This document shows, one piece after another, positions 41,579 to 51,950 of a stretch of 64,000 nucleotides of DNA; position 1 is the first letter of the stretch; each line of letters starts with the position of its first letter. The position numbers and the translations under genes were made by a program. The notes beneath the pieces were generated by a model. That model worked only from the letters and a program-made list of their open reading frames with translations. It had not been told where the DNA came from and did no database searches. Origin of the DNA: Octopus sinensis (taxonomy: Eukaryota); assembly GCF_006345805.1 (NCBI RefSeq), contig NC_043005.1, positions 49,104,001 through 49,168,000 on the forward strand, in the 5' to 3' direction.

Positions 41579-41962
41579 GCAGGAGTGGCTGTGTGGTAAG
41601 TAGCTTGTTTACCAACCACATGGTTCCGGGTTCAGTCCCACTGCGTGGCACCTTGGGCAAGTGTCTTCTACTATAGCCTCGGGCCGACCAAAGCCTTGTG
41701 AGTGGATTTGGTAGACGGAAACTGAAAGAAGCCTGTCGTATATATGTATATATATATATATATATGCAAATGTGTGTTTGTGTGTCTGTGTTTGTCCCCC
41801 TAGCATTGCTTGACAACCGATGCTGGTGTGTTTATGTCTCCGTTACTTAGCGGTTCGGCAAAAGAGACCGATAGAATAAGTACTGGGGTCGAGTTGCTCA
41901 ATTAAAGGAGGTGCTCCAGCATGGCCGCAGTCAAATGACAAACAAGTAAAAGAGTAAAGAGT
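41579..41962 (+). mobile_element. tRNA-derived SINE family A (internal TA/TG microsatellite), young reference copy
   Basis: A-box TGGCTGTGTGG, B-box GGTTCAGTCCC, (AAGAGT)n tail, 5-bp TSD atggt inside an older family-A copy (41535-42320). About 20 further copies or fragments, e.g. 2667-3040, 4075-4435, 6530-6845, 18590-18945, 25590-25925, 26050-26410, 31600-32050, 43490-43870, 52735-53510, 61375-61760, 62015-62400. Confidence 0.9.
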
Positions 41963-44298
41963 ATGGTTCTAGGTTTAGTCCCACTACATGGCACCTTGGG
42001 CAAGAGTTTTCTACTATAGCCCCATACCAACCAAAGCCTTTTGAGTGAATTTGGTAGACAGAAACAGAAAGAAGCCTGCATGCATCTATCTATCTATGTG
42101 TGTTTGTCTTTGTGCTTGTGTTTGTCCCTCGATCATTGCTTGACAACCGGTGGTGGTGTAATTAGGTCCCTGTAGCCTAGCAGTTCAGCGAAAGTACAAA
42201 CAACAGAATAAGTACTAGGCTTAAAAAAGAAGTCCCAGAGTCAATTTGTTCAACTAAAAACCCTTCAAGGTAGTGCTCTAGCATGGCTGCAGTCAGATGA
42301 CTGAAACAAGTAATAGAATATATGTATTTGAGAGTTGGGGTGGAGATAATGACAAGCCAATGAATGAGGGAGCCATAACAGCAGCAAAATCTCTTTCAAA
42401 TCATGTCTGCTGTCTTAAAAAAAAAAAACTTGAAAATAAAAATAGATGGTAATGAAAGGTAACACCTTTGATTGTAGGTTTGCTCAATCGATACCAACTC
42501 ATGGACAATAATGTGAAATAGTAGAATGCAAGGTAACTAGTGAAGGTATACATTAACAAAGATTAAGTACAAAAAGCTCACAAAATGCAAAAAATTTGAC
42601 ATAAGAGGAGACATCTACATTTTCAGGTAGGACCCTTTGACAACATGAGAAACTGTGTTTATTATTGGTATTAAAACAAATTTTCAAAGTTTTGCAAAGA
42701 AAATGCAAAAATATTATCTTTTAACAATTTTTTAATAATTCTCTTTTGGAAGAGTGGCTCTTGAAGCAAATGCATGTAAATATTGGGTTGAAAATCTCTT
42801 TTGGATGGAAAATGTCAAAGGCTGCCCTGTGTAAGTTCACATCACACAGGCAGCTCCTGATGGTTTCTATTCAAAAGGATTTTCACCTCAATACTTACAT
42901 GCTGTTATTTATAGTTTTATGTGCTTCAAGATCCACTGTTCCAAAAAAAGAATTATTTCATGTTCTCTCAAAAGTTTATAAATTCTTATGTCAATTTTTT
43001 AAATAATTTTTATTGCTTAATCAGAAGGAAAGGGGCAGTGCTCACGTCCCTTTTCAGGACTGCACACAGAGAGAGTGTGTGTGTGTGTGTCACACATACA
43101 CACACATATATATGACAGGCTCCTTTTAGTTTCCAGTCAAATCCACTTACAAGACTTTGGTTGACCTGGGGCTATAGTAGAAGACTTGGTCAGTGGAACT
43201 GAACCACAAATCACATGGTTAGGAAGCAAGCTTCTTAACCACAAAGCTATACCTTATGGCCAGAGTAAATACAGCAAGGTATTTCATCAAATGCCCAAAC
43301 AATTCTGCCAGTCCTACTGTCCTAGACTGGTACTGTATTTAACGATCCCGGAAAGATGAAATACAAACTGGCCTCAGCAGAATTTGAACTCGGAATGCAA
43401 GAAGACAAAATATATACCAAAAAGCATTTCATTTAACATTCTAATGACTCTGTCAATTCACTACTTTAAATACCTTCAAATGTAACTGTGGGGTAAAGAA
43501 GCTTGCTGCCCAACCACATGGTTCCAGGTTCAGTCAAACTCCATGACACTTTGGTAAAGTATCTTCTACTATAGCCTTGGGCCAATCAGAACCTCGTAAG
43601 TGGATTTGGTAGACAGAAACTGAAAGAAGCTCTTCTTATATATATACACACACGTGTGTGTGTGTGTCTGTCTGTCTTAGTTCCCCCCCAATCACTGCTT
43701 GATAACTAGTGCTGGTGTGTTTACGTCCCCGTAACTTAGCAGACCATTAGAATAAGTACTAGACTAGAAAAATAAGTCCTGGGGTCAAATTGTTCCACTA
43801 AAAACCCTTCAAGGTGGTGTTCCAGCATGGCAACAGTCAAATGACTGAAACAAGTTAAAAATAATAAAAGAATATATCAAAATTATTATCTTTTGTTTTG
43901 ATTGTTGCTGAATCTGGTAACAAAGCACCAATTATTTCCTAAACATTTGAGCCTTTGCCAAGAGTCTAGTCCTGAAATGTTAAACTTTTTCTCTTCTTCA
44001 TGATGAACTACTGTATTTTCCAGCACACAAGTCAACGTTGTATGTAGTGTAAACATTCAAGCATCGTCACTATCTTTCCAAATCCTGCTGCATTTCACAT
44101 GGAATCTTTGGTCCTCCAAAATTGTCTTGATGTATAAGTTGAACCACCTTTTTTGTTGGCTGTAAATTTTGGTCTGAAAAATTTGACCTGTATGCTGAAA
44201 AATGCAGCTAATTTATTTCGCTTTGCAAAACTTTTTAACAAATGGATAATATACATTGGAAAATAAGTTAGAGAAGTGTTCTGTTGTCATATACTTAC

Positions 44299-44431
44299 AG
44301 AAACGTTCTCCTTTTTTGTTAACCAGATACTTTGAGGTTCTACAGTTTGAGCACGTGTATTGAGACTCAAAGACCCAATCTGAATAGGAGAATTTAAAAC
44401 TTTATGTTCCATGGTATCTGATGATTGTGAA
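44299..44431 (-). CDS. ABCF3: ABCF3 exon 3 (SQSSDTMEHKVLNSPIQIG...IWLTKKENVS)
   Basis: tttcacag acceptor, GTAAGT donor; phases 2 to 0; VLNSPIQ corresponds to LLDAPIQ. Confidence 0.88.
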
Positions 44432-44939
44432 CTGTGAAAATAATAAAGCATTCATGTAGTTTTAAATGAAATCTTAAAAATTAGAGGCTTAAAAACAAAT
44501 ATGTTGATTTAGCAGAAATGTATTAAAATAAAAGTCAAGACATACAAAAACTGTGATACTATAACACACATGGCCTCTACAATTGCACAAGCTAAGAGGC
44601 ATAGCCAAATGTCTCTCAACTTATATACTGCTACCTTCGAAAAAAGAAGGATACACATTGGATAACATACTCCTAGATAAATTATGTCAGGAAAAAAGAC
44701 AAGATAGTCAGTGCTATAATGACTACAATCTACTCAATCAGAACTAACTAGAGGCTAAACAATAATATTAGTAAGAATATTCAAAAATAACTGACAATAT
44801 GTAGTGAAATGATCAATTAATGTTGTATTCTAAGAAAACTAATTCATATCTGAATCATATAAAGAAAGATTCTAACAAGAGTCATTGGGAATTAATCCAT
44901 ATACGTAACTGGGTTGATCTACTAACACATCATAAGCAG

Positions 44940-45170
44940 AAAGTGTAACCTCTCGAAAGAGCTGTTCTTCACTCCTGCTCCAGAGCGTCGGCTGCGGGGT
45001 CACTCCGAAAAGCTCTATCTGCGACGATTTCGTCTCAATCAAAGGAGAGGGGCTTTCTCCGTCCAGGTTGCGGATCCGTGGAATAAGCTGCCGGACGAGA
45101 TAGTGAAGATGCCAACGACCACTCGGTTCAAAGTCTCTCTTGACCAGAAATGGCTTGAACTCTTTGCATG
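44940..45170 (+). mobile_element. CR1/L2-group LINE 3' fragment
   Basis: RLRGHSEKLYLRRFRLNQRRGAFSVQVADPWNKLPDEIV, the RGH...WNxLP C-terminal motif. Confidence 0.8.
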
Positions 45171-45715
45171 AACACCCTCCCTGTACATAACTCCACGTCC
45201 CCCTACATGGCCTTGCTTTTTGCTTTTTGAGCCAAAAATTTAACTTAACATCAAATTTTCGGCTATAAACAAAAATCAGCTGATCTCTTCAAGTTATTTG
45301 GTGTCCCCACTGGTGCCATGTAAAAAAGACTTGTGCTGGTTCCACATAAGCACCCAGTATACTCTGTTAAGTGGTTGGCATTAGGAAGGGCATCCAGCCG
45401 TAGAAACCATGCCAAAGTAGACAATGGAGTCTAATGCAGCTCTTCAGCATGCCAGCTCCTATCAAACCATCCATCCATGCCAGCATAGAGAACAGATGTT
45501 AAATGATGATGATATATAGACATAACATTTCATCATGTTGAACTGTTAATCCCTACATATTCTTTTCTCTCCCCGTTTTTTTTCATTCTCTCTCCATTTT
45601 TTCCTCTCAATCCTTTCTGTCAAAGAGCATAGGCTCGAAACATCAAAGACTTTTCCATTCTTCCCGCAGGTTAAACTAATGCACCTGCTTGTTGTTCCTT
45701 CACCTGGCTTCATCT

Positions 45716-48700
45716 TTTCATCATCATCAATGTTTAGCGTCCGTTTTCCATGCTAGCATGGGTTGGACGGTTCTACTGGGGTCTGTGAAGCCAGAAGGCT
45801 TCATCAGGCCCAGTCAAATCTGGCAGTGTTTCTACGGCTGGATGCCCTTCCTAACGCCAACCACTCCGTGAGTGTAGTGGGTGCTTTTTATGTGCCACCC
45901 GCACAGGTGCCAGACAGCTGGCAATGGACACGAACGGATGGTGCTTTTTACGTGCCACCGGCACAAGGCCAGTCGGGGCGGCGCTGGCAACGGTCGCGAA
46001 ACAGAAGGTTCTCTTACATGCCACCGGCACTGGTGACACATCTGCAATTTCCATTGATCGATTTCGATTCTGATCATCACTTGCCTCAACAGGTCTTCAC
46101 AAGTAGAGTTTCGACATGCCACCGGCACTGGTAACACATCTGCAATTTCCATTGATCGATTTCGATTCTGATCCTCACTTGCCTCAACAGGTCTTCACAA
46201 GTAGAGTTTTGTGTCCCAAGAAGGGAAGGTATGCATACGTAGGCTGGCTCCATCCCATGTAGAAGGCCACGGGTTATGGACTCACTTGTCCTGCTGGGTC
46301 TTCTCGCGCACAGCACACTTCCAGAGGTCTCGGTCTCTAGTCATTTCCTCAGTGAGACCTAAAGTTCGAAGGTCGTGCTTCACCACCTCGTCCCAGGTTT
46401 TCCTGGGTCTGCCTCTTCCGCAGGTTCCCTCAACCGCTAGGGTGTGGCACTTTTTCACACAACTATCTTCATCCATTCTCACCACATGACCATACCAGCG
46501 CAAACGTCTCTCTTGCACACCACAACTGATGCTTCTTAGGTCCAGCTTTTCTCTCAAGGTACTTACACTCTGCCGAGTATGAGTACTGACATTACACATC
46601 CATCGGAGCATACTGGCTTCATTTCTTGCGAGCTTACGCATATCCTCAGCAGTCACGGCCCATGTTTCACTGCCATGTAGCATGGCTGTTCGTACACACG
46701 CATCATACAGTCTGCCTTTCACTCTGTGCGAGAGGCCTTTTGTCACCAGCAGAGGTAAGAGCTCTCTGAACTTTGCCCAAGCTATTCTTACTCTAGCAGT
46801 TACACTTTAAGCACACCCGCCCCCGCTGCTGACTTGGTCACCTAGGTAACGGAAACTATCAACTATTTCTAGTTTTTCTCCCTGGAAAGTGACGGAAGTT
46901 GGTCTCAGAGCATTTTCAGTGTTTATTGTTCCTGAGCATCTGCCACATACAAAAACCATCTTCCTAGTTAGCCTTCCTTTGACATTGCTGCACCTCTTAT
47001 GTGTCCATAGCTTACACTTGGTGCATCTTATAGAGTTTCTACCTACACCTTTTCTACAGATCGAGCAGGGCCATCTACCTGAAGGCGTTTGTGATTTGTC
47101 TACCTTCCTACTGATTACGACTTTGGTTTTAGCTAGATTGACTCTGAGGCCCTTCGATTCTAATCCTTGTTTCCACACCTGAAACTTCTCCTCCAGTTCT
47201 GATAGCGACTCAGTAATTAGAGCAAGGTCATCAGCATAGAGGAGCTCCCAGGGGCATCCTGTCTTGAATTCCTCCATTATTGCCTGGAGGACTATGATAA
47301 ATAGGAGGGGGCTGAGGACTGAGCCTTGGTGGACCCCTACCTCTACCCGGAATTCTTCACTGTACTCGTTGCCAACCCTCACCTTACTAGCAGCGTCCCT
47401 ATACATTGCCCGCACAGCTCTCACTAACCATTCATCTATCCCTAGTTTCCTCATTGACCACCAGATAAGGGATCGGGGGACCCTGTCGAAGGCTTTCTCC
47501 ATGTCAACAAAAGCCAGGTACAGGGGCTTATCTTTGGCTAGGTATTTCTCCTGCAGTTGCCTTACCAGGAATATAGCATCAGTAGTACTTTTCCCTGGCA
47601 CAAACCCAAACTGCATCTCATCTAAACTAATTAGTTGGGCTATGACCCTCTCCGTAACCTTCATCACCTGATCCAACAGCTTGATACCTCTGTAGTTATT
47701 TGTATGTAGGGTGTCACCTTTACCTTTGTAGCAGTTGACTATTATGCTGCTACACCAGTCATTGGGTATGACTCCTTTGTGTATCACCTGATTAACTATA
47801 CGGGTGACTAGGCTATAGCCGACACTACCAGACATTTTGAGCATCTCTGCAGTGATTCCTAATGGGCCTGGGGCTTTCCCTATCTTCATGCTTCTAATTG
47901 CCTTAGCTACCACGGAACTATCAACTCGGATAGCTGGTCCCTCTGTTGGGTCAACATTCGGCAGACTCTCTTTATCCCATTCATTTTCTTTATTCAGCAA
48001 CCTTTCATAGTGGCATCTCCAAACCTCTCTCTTTGCATCCTCATTTAGCGCAAGTGAACCATCTTCCATGCGAACACACTTCTCTCCTACCACATCACGA
48101 TTCTCTGTCACACACTGTCTTACAACGCGAAACACCTCCAGTCTTTGGTCCTCACGGCGCAGAACATTGGCAAATTTTTTCTTATCTGCTTCCCCTCTGG
48201 CTAAATAAACCTGTCTCCTAGCTTCTCTTTTGGCAGTCTGATACAATTCCCTGCTACCCCCATTTTTCCAGACCTTCCAAGCCTGTCTCTTTTCTCTAAT
48301 AGCCCTGTCTACAATATTGTTCCACCACCACGTTATTCTAGGTCGAGAGGGGACTTTGCACCAGCCACAGATCTGGTCAGTGGCTCTCAGCAGGTTGTCC
48401 CTTAGAAACGTCCAGTTGTCTTCTACCCCCTGTGATGCTCTATCCCCTTCTACTTCGTCAAAGGCTTCAAGTAATATGTCCCTAAATCTCTGTCCATTTG
48501 CAGGATCTTTAAGCTTCCAGATCCTTCTTCTCCATATTGGTCGTCTTCTGGTTGTCCTCCTAGTCCTGATCCTAAAGTCACTAACTACCAGTCTATGTTG
48601 TGGGGTACATTCTTCACCTGGGAAGGTTTTGGCATTTATAAGCAGCCATCTCTCCCTTTGCCTTGCAAGGATGTAGTCAATTTGGCTGGTATGTTGGCCC

Positions 48701-49760
48701 GATCAGTAAGTGACTAGGTGGCTGGTAGGTTTCCTGAAGTTAGTGTTGCAAATCATAAGATTATTTGCATCGCAGAACTCCAGCAGCCTGGTTCCCTCCT
48801 CATTGCGGGAGCCATAGCCATAGCCTCCATGTACGCCATGGAAGGCCCCAGCATGTCATCCAACGTGACCATTAAAGTCACCAGCCACAAAGATAAGGTC
48901 TCTGTCGTTCGTCAACGAGGTAGTCTGCAGTAGAATGTCATAGAATCGGTCTTTCTGTCCATCGGGTAGCCCCGACTGAGGAGCATAGGCTGATATAATG
49001 GTTGCTAAACTATGATGAAGCACTAATCTAATCTTAAGTATTCTGTCACATACTCTGATTACCTCAATTACTTATCTACCCATTTCTCAGCGATAAGTAT
49101 ACCCACGCCACCAACCCCGTCAGTGTTCCCTGCCCAGAAAATCTTGTACCTGCGTTCCTTGCCTGTGAGGAACCTAGCTGATCCTCCTCTCCACCTTATT
49201 TCTTGCATGCAACATATATCCACACATCTCCGTTCAAGCATCTCGACTATCTCACCAGACCTACCTTTCAGTGTGCCAACCCTGAGGGTGTGGGAGGCAT
49301 GGGCTCTAGAGACCCTGGGACGGTGTACCTGAAAAGAAAGCTCGCATTTGGCAGAATTCATGTGCAAGTAATGAAGTAGTAAAGTAGCCTTCAGTACAAC
49401 CTGCATAACACTAGCCTTTCATATTTTGCACTGTATGAACATTACCTTACATAGGTCAAGACTAGGGGGTAGGGATGGTGAAAGAGCATTTGCAGTCTTC
49501 ATGGGAAGCAACCCCGGGATGGCAAAGAATAGGAACTTCCGGTATGTGTGGAGGGGGTGGGAGGGCGGGTGCACCGTAACTTAGTAAGAGGTTCTGTTAA
49601 TCGTGTGAGTTAGAAAATGGGTTTGAAAAATCAGAGGGAATAATCATTATTGATAACTAATATAACGCCGTAGCTTAGTAAGAGGTTCTGTTAATCGTGT
49701 GAGCTAGCAAATGGGTTTGAAAAATCAGAGTGGCTATGAACCGGGAGACAAGACTAAACG
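45716..49760 (-). mobile_element. Near full-length RTE-clade LINE (APE endonuclease + RT), inactivated
   Basis: Endonuclease motifs (CMQEIRW, AYAPQ, GDFNGHVG, QIDYIL) and RT motifs (QFGF, FVDMEKAFDRV, GVHQGSVLSP, LYADD, FRYLG, WYGHV). Lesions: frameshift near 49070, TGA 48856-58, TGA 48703-05, TAA 46807-09. Ends in a (TGA)n tail at about 45716-45730. Confidence 0.95.
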
Positions 49761-49919
49761 AAAAAAAAAAAAAAAAAAAGGTTTTTATAAATTCAAACTG
49801 TGTGTGTATGTATGTATGTTTGTATGCATATATATGTGTATTATACACACACGTTTAACAGCTAATAACTCAATTTTCATTCTCTTTCACATTTAATCCA
49901 TTAAAAATAATAAAGGGAA

Positions 49920-50780
49920 CCAGACTAGACTTTGAACAAAGAAAATTTACCCTAAAATGTTACTGGAAATTTGAAAACAGCCAAAGTGCAAAGAAAGTTT
50001 GGAAGGGAGTTTCAATCAGATCCACTTTTGTAGCTTAACCTCACTCAAATAAGAGAGAAATTTGAAGCTGATGAAATTGTTTAGAATGTCTACAAGAAAT
50101 TTTTCTATAAGATTAATGAGCCCCACAAAGCAAAAAAGGTTACTAGAAATATATTACCAGAGTTTAAGAATACCTATACACAAGCAAACTGTGAGACAGG
50201 AATTTCAAAATCAAGTATCCATCACATTTTGAAGTGTTGTCATTAGAAAAATTACATTCAAGAAGCAATCCATACTCTTAATGAAGATGATCTAGACTAA
50301 AATTGTGAAGTTTTGTGAATGGTACTTGGTAAGATGTATAGAAGATGCACACTTTCCAACAAAGAATGTTTGGAAGTGATGAGGCTACATTTAAACTAAA
50401 TGGTTCAATTAACCAACTACTGAGTATCTGAGAATATACATATTACAGAATATGTTAATTTACCAGGAATTATAGCATGGTGTGGTTTATCATCAAAAGG
50501 ATTAATTGGATCGTTTTGTTTCTGGGTTTTTTTATTATTTTTTATAGTACTGTTGCCAGTCCCAATTGCTTGAATTTGCAGTAACTATCAATCATACCAA
50601 GCATTTAAGAGGACTTAAAAAACGTGAAGTTTTATTTCCAGCAAGATGGGGATACCCCACACTACCATAGTAATCACACCATCAAATTTTTTCATGGGGA
50701 TACTTAAAAGATAAAGCTTATGGTATAAAATCAGCAGCAGTCAATATTATTACCCTCAATATTATGTAAATAGAGGAATT
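49920..50780 (+). pseudogene. Decayed Tc1/mariner-superfamily transposase (DUF4817-HTH type)
   Basis: [52 protein letters not shown] remnants with stops and frameshifts. Confidence 0.8.
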
Positions 50781-50872
50781 TATCTGTAAAATAATATGTG
50801 ACAATTATTCTACCTCAGCATCCGAAACTCAGAGTTTTATCTTGGCTACCGAATAATTGTCACATATTATTT

Positions 50873-50879
<7 letters not shown>

Positions 50880-50909
<30 letters not shown>

Positions 50910-51285
50910 CTGAAGTTGTCTGTGTATGGCAGATTTGGTAGCCTTCAACTAACACTGTCTCCTCCGAGACCCTGCGGCGCAAGTTGACCAAAATTGAGAG
51001 TATGATAGAAGAAGGCTTGCTTTTCCTTCCATAGAAGAAAAAATTCAAATCAGACCTTGTTAACACTAAAAATTATTTACATAAAAAAAGGTGCTTTTTT
51101 TTCTATGAAAATCCCAATTTTTTACGATTTTTTGACTGCTGTGTTGCCGTTTTTCAGTGTATTTCAACCAGAAAAATGTTCACTTAAAGAGAATAACAAG
51201 CTACATAATGCAAAATTTTTACTTTAAAAAATTCCAATTCTAAAGGGTCAAAACAAACCCAAGCAATGCCGGGCAATACTGCTAG
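50880..51285 (+). mobile_element. Non-autonomous Helitron-like element
   Basis: 5' (TA)n-TATAAAGCTGAAG; 3' hairpin CCCAAGCAATGCCGGG at 51258-51273, then CTAG|T at 51282-51286. Confidence 0.7.
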
Positions 51286-51594
51286 TATATATATATTATC
51301 AGTATCACTGTTTAACATCCACTCTTCCATGCTTGCAGGAGTAAGAATTTATTGTGACAGATTTTCTACAGTTGGATATCATTCCTGTTACCAAGCAGGG
51401 TAATACTGCCCCATGCCAGACATGTTTTTCATGGAAAACTGGAAACAAACAATATTGCCTGTCTGACAGTGATGCTTGTTTACTCTCACAACATGATGTC
51501 AAGACAAGGAGCCTCAAACACACATACCCTAACCACGAAGCCACACACCTTCACTTAGAAGTACTAATGTCAAGACAACAGCAATAACTCTGAG

Positions 51595-51950
51595 CACCTT
51601 TTCAAACTCCACTCGTCTAACACCCATGGGCATATTTACAAAGTCAGAAAACAGCACAGCTCCCATGACTTTAGGAAACATTTTTTCACACTGAGAGTTG
51701 CTGAAGCATGGAACAAACTGCCGGCATCAGTTGTTAGTTGTCGGAGCACTACATCCTTCAAAACTTCCATGCTTTCTGAGATTCGCCAACACTACACCTG
51801 ATTTTCTCCCCTCTATACACACAAGCATGTATCTGACTCATACATTGTTCACTTTCCAGACATTTGTACATTACTGCATACACTTTATACGCACTTTCTG
51901 ACAAGTTGTGGTGCACCTGAGCACTGCATACAATAATTTCATTATTATTA
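51595..51950 (+). mobile_element. CR1/L2-group LINE 3' fragment with (ATT)n tail
   Basis: NTHGHIYKVRKQHSSHDFRKHFFTLRVAEAWNKLPASVV, followed by a 3' UTR and attattatta. Confidence 0.85.

Noticed and set aside
44360-44380. Internal acceptor (cctattcag|ATTGGG) as the start of exon 3
   Set aside because: Wrong phase for exon 2. The upstream acceptor at 44431 restores the frame and includes the conserved VLNSPIQ.
45700-49790. Target-site duplication for the long RTE
   Set aside because: No convincing direct repeat at both ends; the 5' boundary next to the A-run at about 49761-49779 is only approximate.
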